Below are positions 1 to 13,162 of a DNA stretch of 64,000 nt, piece after piece. Positions within the stretch are counted from its first letter, which is position 1. Each line of letters begins with the position of its first letter. Position numbers and translations under genes: made by a program. The DNA is taken from assembly GCF_018977255.1 (NCBI RefSeq), contig NW_024704742.1, forward strand, positions 89,406,001-89,470,000. The letters run 5' to 3'. The notes below the pieces were generated by a model. It ran no database searches. It was not told the origin of the DNA and saw only the letters and a program-made list of their open reading frames with translations. The DNA is from Callorhinchus milii (taxonomy: Eukaryota).

Positions 1-725
1 CTTTTTTTAAAAAAAACACACAATCCTATCGAGACGTATCTAGACGGAGTTAGATGGATGTATTTGGGACGTTTCCTTCGATCCTACGTTATTATTGCAA
101 CAACCAAACAATTCAAAAATGCGATTTCTGGTGATGTGCATTTGTCTGAACGTGTGGGTGTGTGTGGAGCAGTGAGAGAGTGTGAGTGTGTGCACAGGGA
201 TGGGCCGAATTGCACACGTACACACTTGAATCCTCTTACAAAGTTATAATGGCACCGACCACCATGCAATGGTAACATTAAACTACAAAGTATGGATTAC
301 GTCTTCTTTTTTTTTGCAAAGCCTAAAATAGACGTGCAATCTTTGATGTCTTATTTTCCTGCCCTTGTGCGGGAAACCCAATACATTAAGGTTGAATGGT
401 TTCGAATACAGTACAATCCGCATCTTCAACGCTAATATTCCCTTTGTTAATCATTCCTCATTATTGTTAAATGTCGTTTTACATACTCCAGATATTTTAC
501 AATATCAGTATGTTTAAATGTGTTCCGAAATACATTATTGTGTTAGCTTGAAAATACGTATTTTTCTCTCTATGTATTTATATATATATATATTCTCAGA
601 CAATTACTAAATGCTGTGTTCAGTATTAACCTAGCAACATCATATCCAGCTAAAATACTCAAATATAAAATCTTCAAATGATGCACTTTCGGGAATAAAG
701 TCGATTTAATGCTGATTCCTTGTTT

Positions 726-742
726 TGCAGCACTCTGGACAG
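726..742 (+). promoter_or_regulatory. Degenerate RE1-like site
   Basis: TGCAGCACTCTGGACAG; two mismatches to the 17-nt core. Confidence 0.35.
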
Positions 743-2399
743 ATCGAACCAGCAGAAACAACAGGACGGCGCAGCTCGGGAAACAACGCTGGGAATCACT
801 CCCTCAAATCGGAAAATAATCTATTTCTATTAATATTTCACAATAAAAATAAGGCATTTAATCTCCGGGAATCATGTTAGGACCCTGCCTCTAAAGCTGT
901 TCCCTGAAGTTCTCCTGCTGTGTAATATATTCACTCTTGTATCAATCATCCTTAACTGCAGCTGGTGTTCTCTTCCTGCCATCATCTGGATTTCTCCTGC
1001 TTATTAGGTGACCTGCAAGTTGACTTTCTTTGACCAAGTAAAATGGTTATAATGGTGAAGACGCCTTTTAGCCACCTGACGTTCACGAAAACACTTTGTT
1101 GTTCAACATGTGAAGCTGTGGCAGCCCGAGTAACTGAGTAGGCCGAGCACTTGGGCTGTCAAAAGAGGCATTTTGCAACAATTATCCTCATTACCTCCCA
1201 TCCGCCAGTCTTCAATCACAGTCTCTTTGGGAAATATTTCAGAATCACTCAGTGCACTGCTCGGTAACATTGCCCCAATTGCCAAGATGCAATTTAGATG
1301 CGATTGAAATGTGGAAACTTAAACAAAAATAAGAGAATGCTAATACCTGAAAACAACTACACTTGACTTATTGAACTCAATTTCTGTGACAATGTGCTTT
1401 AATGGATTTTCTCAATTGCTCCCAGACAATTTTGCACATTTTAAGCACACAGTGATATGATATTAAATTGCATGGGGGCGGGGGGTGGGTGTTTGCCTTT
1501 TCTCCTCTGCGATTCTAACACTGGCTCTGACGTACCTATTTTTCTGTCATTAAAAGTCACGCTCACAGTATAGCAACAGACACTCGACGTTTGTGCACTA
1601 ATCAACGTAGTCAACACATAAATGTAAGGGATTTGCCATTTCACTATATTTTTTTTAAGAAACCAACAGGTACTCGAGTGATTGTAATTATTGCTTCGAC
1701 TGAAGAACTAACTCGATGCTGATTGCAGCCTTGTGCAAACACCACAAAAGCACTAGTTTTGATGAAGCCATCTTATTTGATTATTCATTATCTCCGCATT
1801 CATCAGGACCAGTGTATAGTTTATGACAGGAAGCTGTTGTAGATGACAACGGGTATGTGTGTGTTTTTTGCATATATGAAAAATATTTATGCAATGGCCT
1901 TATCAGCCAAGTGAAGGGAAGGGAAGATTGAGGGTGCTTCAGATGGTACAGCAGTGTCATTCTTTGTTTCCTATTACCTCTGTGCAAACTGTGTTGCAGG
2001 GAGAGTGAGCAACTGTGTGGTTTATACAACCACTGTTCGCGCAAAAAACTGTTTATAAACCCTGTGTTCGAATAGCAATTAAATACTCGGAGAGACTCGC
2101 AAAACAAATGTGGTTCATTTAGCAAAAATAAATTAGAAGCCATACATTAATTGGTAATTAGTTGCATTGCTTTGGGGAATAATCAGAGCGGGATGTGCTA
2201 TTCATCAATAAGTGATCACAACCCATCGCCGTTACTATGAAATGCTGAGGTGGTCTCGGGGTGGGTGCGGGGTGTGGGGGGGGGGGGTTGGGATTGGGGG
2301 GGGGATCCTTATCCTAATGTATATATTACTGACATTTTCCAAATGTGCAATTCAAAATTTTGCACAAATGTGCATCCAAAATGTACGTTTCTGTGTCAC

Positions 2400-2504
2400 T
2401 TCTCCCATAAAATACAGTCAATCCACTTTACAGTGTATCCTGCGAAGCGCTTTGAGACGTCTCAACGCCGTGATGATGTGCTAAATCAAATGTAAGGATT
2501 ATTA
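2400..2504 (+). mobile_element. SINE 3' tail fragment. Similar tails at ~17488-17589(-), 27397-27466(-), 35760-35870(-), 36870-36983(+), 60285-60345(+)
   Basis: aaatacagtcaatccactttacagt...gaagcgctttgagacgtc...aaggattattat. Confidence 0.8.
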
Positions 2505-5145
2505 TGTTATGAAAGTTCAAACGCCATAAAAAAAAAGACGAACATGACAGTAAGATATAATTGAAACAGGCAAACATACCCCAAAATCTAACGGCTTGTA
2601 ATTATTCTGTTTGATCAAGTGGAAATGATAGTCACAAAGTACTTTATGTACCAATCTGCACTTGTGCTTTCAGTTAAACTAACTCTGTGACACAAGCAAG
2701 GCCACAAGGTATAACGGTGGCTACCAGGGCAATGAAGTTGTATCTGACCTTGAATAATCTTATCCACATCACACACAACAGGTTATATAGCCAGCATATT
2801 TGCCAAGACTGGTTGAGCCATTTTATACAGCCTCGCACCCCCCTACATAAATGCCACTCCACAAAGCGCAATAAAAATCTCTACTTTTATCTCATGGATA
2901 AGGAAGGCGATATAACTCATAGATGCTGTAGGCACAAATGAATTCTACAGATGTTCCTCTGGAGTGAAATAACCTTTTGAATTAATCGTGCTTTGCAAGG
3001 CATTTCTGGTCGAGATACTTTGAAATGTATCCCCCCCACCCCACGACCCCACCCCCACCTTACTCTCAGAAAGCAACCCCAACAAAAAGCCCCTCTGATG
3101 ATGAAAACATATTCTAGTGTAGTAAAGCATGAGCAAACATAAAAACGCCTGCTTGCCAAGCTATATCAGAGGTCAGTGTGTAGACAAGTCTGGTTCTGCA
3201 AAAAAAAAAGTTGTCAGATGGGGCTTACAAAAGGAGTGAAATTTGATTTGTAGAAAGCGACTGGCGATAATGGGTCTGCAATGCTGCTATCTGCATATGT
3301 GACTAACATATTCGTACGCCAACCCAATTTTGTTGGGGGAACTCATCATAACCAGTCACCTTACACCACAATGTGAACAAAGAACTTCCGAATAAATTCG
3401 TTTGCAAACGCACATAATTTGTTATGAATCAGTATTGACGCATTTCAAGGGCAAAACAAATTAGTATTTCGAAAAAAAATTGTGTACGTAAATATATGTA
3501 TATATAACTTATACACACACAGATACAAAACAAAGAGACAAAAACCAATTAGCCGTGAAAGCAAAACATTAAAGCAGTTTTTTTTTCTCTTTAAAGAAAA
3601 ATGTGGTTATATAAACCGAATTAATTTGTCTGTGTGGCACATCCTAATTTCTGATGTAGGACCACCCTCTGATTTCTGTTGAGAGGGGAAAAGAATCTCT
3701 CCATTCTTTGCCACCTGAATTTCAATTTCTTAATTTATAGTGTAGATAAAGTAGCACAAGCTGGATCGGTGCTGTTGTTACCATGGGTTGGCCTTATCAA
3801 GCGTGAAGTTTGGTGCATTGCAAACCTATTTAAGTGATTATCTGTGGAGGACCTCTCGAGTCATCTCCATCTCTGCAGTCTGCTGATAAGACAGCTGTTC
3901 CTATGGCTGCTGCCTCTCGCCGGACTACAGTCTGCTTTTGATATAGTGCAGCTTTGTTATTTCGCCCCAGTGCTATCACTTGCTCTCTTCTGAAAGCATT
4001 TGATCTGAAGACAAAAAAGGGGTTGATAGAAATCATTGATTGATGTTACTAAATGCCGCACTACAACGGGGGCGACGCGTATCTTCCGCGGAGAAAGAAA
4101 ACATTCATCTAAATGCAAAATCGGGAAATGAATGAAACCGCTGCTGATAATAACAGCAAAGTGCTGGAAAAAACTGGGGCGTTTTACACACACCTCAAAT
4201 AAGTTTCTAGTCATCAAAATATTCTAATCCGCCCTCTCAATTTTAAAACCAAATGGCGATTTGAATTATTAATAATACAATCTGCGCTCAGACCCACTGC
4301 AAATATCAGCCTTCCTTTTGTTTCACAATAAATATATTATGGGGGGGAGGACTTCAGACGAAACTTCCAGGAACATGGTCCCCCCCCCCAAAAAAAAAAC
4401 CCAAACACACATTTCATGTTGAATACGTTTTGCCAAAGAAGAGTAAATTGTTGAATAGCTTTTTGATTGATGAATGAATGCTCAGAGGTTTTTACATTTA
4501 TCTTCATTTTAATGTGTAGAGAAAATGCGCGTGTTTACAGGCAACAAACTGATCATTTAAGCCCAGAGTTCAAATAAACTTTTTTTTTAAAAAAAACAGG
4601 TTTTTGTTTGTTTAGCTACTATGGTTTACAAGCAATATTTCCACCAAAGAACTAAGCTTTCAATCAGCATCTCCAGTACATCCCACATTAAGTCAACACA
4701 TGACGCTTCTTCACAAACCAAACACATTGCTAATTACTTAAAACAAGCATTTAACAGTCAGGAGAAAGGTCACGATTGGTAATCAATGCATCTTAAATGT
4801 CTATGCGGGTTAAAAACGTCAAAGTGTTAGCCTAACCGCGATTATTCGGGTTTGCAATTTCTCAGGAAGCCCAAAAATTGCAAACATATGATATTCATAC
4901 CCAGGGCTCAGGTTTATTCTGTGGCAACCTGGAGGTGCATGAGATGACATTCTCAAACATCTGGACGTTATGGCCAGGGTTAAACAGCAGAGGCATAAAA
5001 TCCCAGTGATCCGCTAGTACAAGTGTTAAAGTGCATATACTAAATGTCCAATGCACGGCTCTGAGCTGTTGACCATGGTGCTGAATACTAATCAGATCTG
5101 AAAACCTCCAGATTCCTCATTGTGTGCGACCTGGATGTAGGATTC

Positions 5146-5169
5146 CTCTCTCTCTCTCTCTCTCTCTCT
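5146..5169 (+). repeat. (CT)n microsatellite; another at ~10901-10925
   Basis: Directly visible. Confidence 0.9.
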
Positions 5170-7049
5170 GAGTCTCTGTGCTCCTTGGAGGTACAGTCCT
5201 GCTGCGTTGTGGAGTATAGTAATATAGACACTTGCGTTTTCATATGGTTTATTGAAATGTATTTTTTTCAGGGTTTAAGGATGTTGGATTTAGATACAAT
5301 AGATACTCGCTTCCATAAAGGTATTCCTTGGGGGGAACTGCGTTGCAATCACATTTGTAGCTTTTTGTGTGTGTTTGTTTTTGGTGATTATATGCGGACA
5401 GTCAAAGGGTCATGTTCACTCTCACTAAAGCCAGGCTGCTGGGGAAAGAAATTATCGTTACGACTGCTATGCACAGAGACTGATATTTCTATCCAAAAGT
5501 AAAAACAAATCTCCTTTCTTTTCGCTGCCGCCATTTTGTACTTCAGCTGTAAGTGACTTGAAGGGAGATGACAAAAGATGCACACAACCAACCAATTGAA
5601 GGCTATTGACCTTGACAATTTGTTGTGCATTTAGTTTTCAGTCTCAGACACCAGTTAAAGCTATTAGTTTGGTCGCGTTGACTGCAGGCGGGTAACACAT
5701 TGTTTGCACTCGCAATGGTTTGTGCAGTTAAACTGCATTATTTAGCAAAGGACGTTTTAATTGCAACCAAGAATAATGCTTTGAACACATATTCTCGTTT
5801 TAGTGCTTATAATAAAATAGACGTGCAAGCTTTTATGCAGCTGCAGCGATCTTACACGTGTTTAACATCCAAATGGACCACTGAAAATCCTGTGTTATCA
5901 TCAATTAGATCATCACATTATTCGTAATTTTGCACGATAATAACGGAAATAAAACACATTAATACGATTTTTAAAAATTATTTCCGAATTTATATCCGTT
6001 TTAATGCGGATGAAATGACAACTGGAAGGGGTTTGGCTTAGTAACATCTCTGTTTTAAAAGAATAATTTAGAAAGTTAGGATGTGAATAGTCAGTTTGGG
6101 GCATTTTTTAAAAAATCTGCAAAAAAAAAAATCTCATGTTGAAAAACAAGGGGAGGTCCACATGGCAGTGGTTAATCGGAAAGCGAATGTAATTTTAAAT
6201 TGTGTTCTGGTTAATATACTTGTTACGCTAATTTATTTTAATCCATTGGGACTGCTCATGATAGACTTTCAGAAACCGCTCAATAAATATCTTTCGTTCC
6301 GATTTATATTGTAGTTTTAGTTGCAAAACCCGACTTTTAATAACGAAAGTTTGCATCCAGGTCCTGCAAACATTACAATTGTCCACACTATTGGCAGCAA
6401 CGTTTCCACTCTCAAGTTGTGTGCAACCATTCGGTGATTGTAGGGTTAAAATTAAGGTGGCGCTGAAAATGAACAGGTGCTGAAAAGTTAGTAAGATGCA
6501 TATACTTTTTTTTAAAAAAACAAAATGAGTCATTAATCCCGACTTTATCCCCAACCAAATGTTACTTTAGGAAGTGATGTTGAAAGGCGACTACATTCCG
6601 GTTTTCTTTCTTGTACGTTGTGGTTGACCAAAGCACTTGCGAACCGGTGCTTTCTTTACTGTATTGTCACAGTGGTGATATTGGGAACCACAAGTCATTT
6701 CCACACGTACAACAGCAAATATTTCTCACGTACAACAGCGTTTACATATTAGATCAGGAGAGCTTGGCAGCGCTGCACATCATCAAACACCCAAACCAAG
6801 TCGGTACCATCAACGGATCTTCCATTTAAACGCGTCTAGAAATATTTACACACAAATGTATTTCGTGCATTTAGTTTACAAGTCACTACATTGTCAAACA
6901 CACGAAAGTACTCGTACTATTTTGACTGTGGTATTGGAGGTGTTCACACCCAATATTTGATAACGGAATTAAATGCACTGCAGTGACTGTAAACGCGAAG
7001 CAATGGAGAATGTACAGGTTTTGGTCAAAACTGCAATAGGACTTTCAGA

Positions 7050-7115
7050 CACAACAACAACAACTTGCATTTGTATAGCGCCGTTCGCGTCGGGAGGACG
7101 TCCCGAGGCGCTGAC
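7050..7115 (-). mobile_element. Isolated L2/SINE 3' terminus
   Basis: (CAA)n followed by cttgcatttgtatagcgcc...gggaggacgtcccgaggcgct, the reverse complement of the tail at 62427-62490. Confidence 0.75.
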
Positions 7116-9527
7116 ACTGCATTTGAATTCCAGATAACACAAGGCCACTCTTTAGAGAGCAAAACAGAACATTCACTCCCTGAGCAACAGAGTATTTGAA
7201 ATTTGTATTCGTGAACGTTTGGCTGATTTCCTACCCCCCAACCTGATGGTTGAATAAATATGTGGGGGATGTAGTTGTTAGTAAATAGTATATTTAGAGG
7301 CATGCAGAATCAATTAAGTTTCAAAGCGCATTTATCTTACTCGAGTTGGCAATGGTAGGAACCTCAGCTGTTTATCTTTACTGGTAATTTTGTTTTCACA
7401 CACACAAAAAAAGCAATGTCCACAAAGCGCGTGAAGCAAAATATGTATTTACGCATTTCTCGCGTTTGTGTTGTTTTTGCAGCCTTTTTTTCTAAAAAAA
7501 AAGGGATGAGGCGTTTTACTAACACCTTACCTATTTCAGACTCCAGTATTTTTAATATCTTTGATAGTCTAGACTGGCCACGTAAGATTGTAGATGGTGC
7601 ATGGTAGTAGATCCATTTAAACATATGTGTGTTTCAACTAAAACAATATATTATCAATAAGGATGAACACACAGTCCTCCATATGTTTTACTTGAATCAA
7701 TATATCGACGGTGGAGAATGCACTGGGAACAAAAAAAAGACGATGTGCGAGAAAGGCAATTACATCCTTATGCATTTTTTAAAAAAAAAATCGCCATTGA
7801 ACGTCGGCTCAATTCATTATAATTTCATTGCAATCCTCGCACAAATAAAGGGATGTCTTCTTGCACAAATGTGAAACAACATCCGGTTGGAGATCACATC
7901 CCTGTTGTATTTTGGTGGATGTCCTCGGATGAAAATGTACCTTTTCACAATTGTCCATCGTCTTTATGTGTCTATTGTTCAGTGCAAAAGCTGTTGTCAC
8001 TCACACTGCGGTGTTAGTGAGAAGGGCATTGCACTGGGAAATTAATGCCTTGTGCACACTGTCTGTCACCTGCTCACTTGTTAGACCAGAAGATGGTTGT
8101 TTGCAGGAGCTGAGGAGCATTATCTGACTACACGATTACCCCCCCACCAGGTTATGCAAAGTCTTTGCCCGTAATATCTGCCGTTCGACGAGCAAACCTA
8201 AAGTAGTGGAGCATTTTGCTCTCTGCCAAGTTTGTTCGTTGCTTTCCTTACAGCACGAGGTTGCCCTGTCGCAGACACTCCGGGAATAGTCAGCCAGTCA
8301 GTCAGTGTGATATCAGCAGAAGTTAACCACAAACCCTATTCATATCGGTCGTGATGTGATGGGACTCCTTTGAGATAGTCTAACGTGCCGTAAAAAAAAA
8401 ACCCCACCCCCAGCGAGAGGCGGCAGCTGAGAGGCGTTGTGTCCCATCAAAGGAGCGGTGTGCATCAGCGCTGGACTGCCTCAGCTGCAGTCTCGGTGTC
8501 AGTCGGGGGCTGTGGCAGCAACTGTGCAACTGCAAACACATAAGAGCATTTGATTTCGTAGCAAAGGTGATTTTCTCCAACCGCACACCGCACCGGATAG
8601 TGAAATCTTACGAAAACCTGCAACTCTGGTTTTGTGGTCTTTTGCAAACCGTTACCGTTTTTCAAGGATACATTTCTGGGGGGAGGGGGGGGGGTTGATC
8701 CCCCATCACTAACCACACACCATTTCGGGTTAACAATCCTTGGCGACAGATTGGGGGACGTGCTTTCACACTGCATCTAAAAGCACAAGCTTTGCATTTC
8801 GTAGGAATGGGATGACACGGCTAAAAATATGATTTTTTTTATTCTTTTTAAAAAAAAGTCGTTGATAAGTGAGAGTAAATTATGGCAATGCAAGTTCATG
8901 TTTGATTTAAAAGGTGCACATATGTCCTTTGTGCTCAAGTCCATTCTGGATTATCAGCCTTAACACGGACAGTTAAGAGTGCAATGTACACAGCCGCTAC
9001 GATGAGACAGCACTGTATCTTTCGATGCTCTGTGCATCAATCCTAAAAATAAAACCGACCAAAAAAAAAAAGCACATTTTGTGACCCACAAAAAAAGGGC
9101 ATTGCAAACAAAAACAGCAGTGACTTACCAACGGTAAATAGAGCAGCGTAATTGTCACATTGTCACAAAATGTCACATTTTAACTGCAGAAAAGGGGTGC
9201 AACTTAGAATCGCGCTTTTAAACCACGATCCGACTGCGCTGCTGTTCTTTTTTAATGGGTAACAATAGCACAACGCAATCCCCCCCCCCCCCCCACAACA
9301 AAAAAAAATTGCTCTGGCAAAGTGACAACGGGGGTGCCGTTGATCCACATTGATTTAAGGAGGGAGAGGGAGGGAGAGGGGGAGAAGAGACACGAGAGAG
9401 AGAGAGAGAGAGTGAGCTGCTGCAAAATAATAAAAATAAAATCACTTCTTCCGTCCTTCGCTCCCTCTCTCTTGCTTTGCAAATGCAATGCAACGTTCAA
9501 TAGCAAAGGCGGGCAGCCCAGCCGGAG

Positions 9528-9562
<35 letters not shown>

Positions 9563-9579
9563 GTATAAGTGTGTGTGGG

Positions 9580-10050
9580 AGAGCCGCCCTCCCTCCCTCC
9601 CGCCCGCCCGCTCGGCGCTCTGATACACTGTAACTCAGTGACTGACACACACCCGCAGACCGCGCGCCGCGGTGCCCGCGGGGCCGGTGATGGACGCGGC
9701 CCTGCAACCAATCAGCGTGGCCCCTGACGTGTCAGCCGCGCGGCGGGTGGGGGTCCCTCCGCCAATGAGCGGCGCCCGGCTCCCGTCAGGGCCCCGCCCC
9801 CTCCGCCCAGCTGACGCGCTCGCGGTCTGACGCCGAGGAGGGGGGGGTGGGGGGTTAATATACCTCCGCGCCGCTCCTCCATGTGATTGCGGGGCAGCGA
9901 GAGTGCAGCGGTTCGGCCGATGCGGAGGTGCATTCGCGCGGTGTGATTCGGCCGCTATAAAGCGCGGCGGATCCCCTCCCGGTGACAGAAAAAGCGCCTC
10001 TTATTTCTTATCTTCTGCAACACCTCTGGTTTTGCGCCGAGATGCAGCTG
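9580..10050 (+). promoter_or_regulatory. ELAVL2: CpG-island promoter of ELAVL2
   Basis: Very GC/CpG-rich. CCAAT boxes at 9708-9712 (AACCAATCAGC) and 9762-9766, GC box CCCCGCCCC at 9792-9800, TGACG half-CREs at 9725, 9812 and 9828, TATAAAG at 9956-9962. A strong donor follows at 10491. Confidence 0.75.
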
Positions 10051-10491
10051 CTGCTTCAGTTGTAGGGGAGGAGGAGGGGGGGGGGAAAGGTTTCCGAAGC
10101 CGTTTTACGTTTCTTGGTTATTTCTTTTGTTCCTTAAGTTTGTCCCTTAAGTTTTTTTTATATATATCTATATATATATATATATAAATCTATATATTGC
10201 AAAAGATATTAAAAAAAATTCCATACTCGAATTGACCTAAATCAGACTTTTTTTTTTTCCCCCCGGGTTTTTTTTTTTAAAAGTTGATTTGTGCATTATT
10301 TTTTTCTATATATATTGGACGTTTCGGTGCATTTTTTTTTTTTTTTTTGCAATTCCCCCACCTTACCCCCACGTTATTACCTGTAGGCTGCTTTCGTTTC
10401 AGGGTTTTGTGCTGCACTTGAGCAATTTTCCGTTACGCCTTCCCTTTTTCGTAGGACTACTCTAAACTTTTCTACTCGTAAAAGCCAAAAG
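9985..10491 (+). other. ELAVL2: Probable non-coding first exon (5' UTR); start approximate
   Basis: Start placed ~30 nt after the TATA box. T-rich UTR-like sequence ending in the strong donor AAG|GTAAGC (10491|10492). No transcript evidence available. Confidence 0.6.
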
Positions 10492-10900
10492 GTAAGCTGG
10501 AAGCTCTCGACACTTCAAATCTGGTGTGTGTTTGTGTTTGTGTGTGTGTGTGTGTGTGTTTTTTTGCAATTGGCTTTTTGAAATCCTTGCAACGTTTTAT
10601 CTTTGCAAAACCTGAAGCCTTTTGCATTCGAGGTGCTTTTCCAATGGGGGTGGGGGGGATGGAATTTCAAACATAATTGTCCTTTTCAATACCTTTTTTT
10701 TTAATATTCGTTCAAAACGAAAAGAAAATACACTAAAACCATCAGTGAATGTCAGTGCCTCAGCCACAGGGTACCTGTGCAGCTCAGGTGGCCGAAATGC
10801 AGCAAAGGTTCAGGGAAACACTCGACGAGTTGGAAGTCTCCTTTCTGGTGCACTTTGGTGTGAAATCGTGTGCTTTATTATAACGTCAAAGGTCTTTTTT

Positions 10901-10932
<32 letters not shown>

Positions 10933-11099
10933 GTGCGTTATTGGCGTATGTGCCAATGCTTCCCAGGAGCGCTGCTTTCCCGCATACATCTGTCGAATTC
11001 CCGTCTTAAAACGGTGCGAAAACAATTAAGACTAAAAAAAAAGGGCTTCTTTCGGGATAGCGTTCTGTGGGATTTGGCCCATTTGAAGCTGTTAGTGGA

Positions 11100-12060
11100 G
11101 AGAGCGCTCATCACACGGCACCGATGGGGAGTGAGGACGAGAGGGAGGACTGACTGACTGACTGACTGACTGACTCGCTCCCCAAGTCGCGTCTCTTCCA
11201 ATAAACGCTTGAACCGGATTTATTTCGGAGAGCGAGAGAGTGACAGCGTGTCACGAAGCCTCGGTACACACCGGCGGTGTTCTGGGTTTGCATCTATAGC
11301 AGCGAGGAAGCAGCGAGTGAGCGGTGCCGGAGACTGGGCTGATGCCGAGCCCCCCCCCTCCCCCTTCCCCCCGTCCCCCCCCCCGTCCTGTGCCTCGCGT
11401 CGGCGAGAAGCCGTTTCGGCCAAACGATTGGTAAAACTTTTTTTTGTGTTGTGTGTGTGTGTGTGTGTTGGACAGTGGAGGGCAGGACCGCGCCCCCCGG
11501 GGATGGAGGGGGGCACTGCCCACACAACCGCTGCAAATAATAATTCCGACTTTTGCATAATCCGCCAAATACTGTAATTTCTGCGAAGTGCGGGAGGTTT
11601 CGCCGCTGTGTGGCCCTGGAAACGGGAGGCACAGCACAGCACAGCACAGCACAGCACGTGCGCCCCCGGAGTTTACCGAAACTGGTCACTTAAGGTGAAG
11701 CGAAACTGTCTTAACCTTTTACGCAGAATGGTTTCTGCAGTGACACCCGAGAGCTGATCGGGAAAACGCCGAATTCGCCGAAGCCATTCGACGCGTCTTT
11801 CCCCGATGGATGTGGACGGTTTCGGCGAACGCGCAGCGCGGAGAGAAACCGACTCGCACTTCGTTCGTTTGCGCTTTGCGAAATCTGTTCCAGAAGCTGA
11901 AGTTGGGCGGTTAGTGGGTACCGGGACCGCGCATCGTGACTTGACGAGTCGGATCGATTGCAATTCAACCATTACCCAAGTTCTTTTTTTTTAAAAAAAA
12001 ACACACACTTGCACTTCATCTGCCACCGCGACTGCCCCGATGTTGCCCCCCAATGTGACG
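11100..12060. promoter_or_regulatory. CpG-rich segment in intron 1, possible alternative promoter
   Basis: High CpG density by eye; contains (GACT)n at ~11148-11175 and (GCACA)n at ~11629-11657. Confidence 0.4.
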
Positions 12061-12472
12061 GCTGAAATGCAACATGTCCTTGTGACATTGCTGCCTGGCA
12101 CTGGGCATTTGTGTTCACCCCGTTTTGTTCGGGGTGGGGTGGGGTGGTCGTGGTGGGGGGTGGGTGGGGTGGGGGGGTGGTGGTGGTGGGGGGGGTACTG
12201 GTCTGACGGGTTTGCAGTTAGTCGCCAGTTTCGGATTATTTGAGGCTCGTCCTCATGTCATTGGTTTGGTTCCCGCCAAATTTAAGCGGCTCTCTGATTG
12301 CGGGATAACTTGAGTTAGAGTTGGCGGTGGGGGGTGTGGTGGGGGTGGGGGGGGGAGTGGGAGCCTTTATAAGAAGCTTCACCTGGTTGTATCCAGCACT
12401 AGTTGGAGCTGGTTACCAGACTGGGCTGATTCACGCCCAGTTATTGATCGTTTTTTGTTGTACTGTGAGTAG

Positions 12473-12617
12473 TGGTGGGGGGGGGGGGTGAGTGGTGATG
12501 GGGGGGTGAGTGGGGGTGAGTGGTGATGGGGGGGGTGAGTGTGGGTGTGTGTGTGTGGTGGGGGGGGGGTGAGTGGTGATGGGGGGGTGAGTGGGGGTGT
12601 GTGTGGTGGGGGGGGAG
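12473..12617 (+). repeat. G-rich irregular tandem repeat (GnTGAGTGGTGATGn)
   Basis: Repeated long G runs separated by TGAGT/TGAT. Confidence 0.85.
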
Positions 12618-12959
12618 AGACGGCGTTGGGCGGATATGCCTAAATTTTATTTTTTTTGTATTCCCTTTTGAAGATCTCCACCGTACAGCTTCAAAGGCAA
12701 CAGCCGCGGGTCGGTGGCACCAGCGAGCGCCGCGTAACATGGGGGGGGTCTGGACTTTGAGGTGGGGGGGGGTGTAGGATTTGGTGGACTTTAGGCTACA
12801 AATGTGTGTGGTGGGGGTGGGGCGCGGCCCCGGGAGCGACCCCGGGGGGGGGCGGGGCTCGGCTTCCCGCCCGCGGCGGCGCGCGCAGCGGCATGAATGG
12901 CTTCGGAACGTCGTGTGATCAGTTGGTGGATACTCGACGTTCCAGGGCGCCTCTTCCCG

Positions 12960-13047
12960 CCCCCCCGGCACGTGACCCGGAGTCCCGCCCCCGGCACGTG
13001 ACCCGGAGCCCCGCCCCCCGGCACGTGACCCGGAGCCCCCCCCCCCC
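12960..13047 (+). repeat. Three tandem 26-27 bp units CCCCGGCACGTGACCCGGAG(T/C)CCCG
   Basis: CACGTG at 12969, 12995 and 13022, within a CpG-rich block (~12700-13050). Confidence 0.9.
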
Positions 13048-13162
13048 AGCTCACTGCTCCCCCCCCCCCCCCCCATCAGTAATAATGGTTACAGTGCTAA
13101 TAAGCGATGCTGCGCTGAATATCAATGCTGTTTTGCATCTCATTAATTTTTGGGTGTCTACT

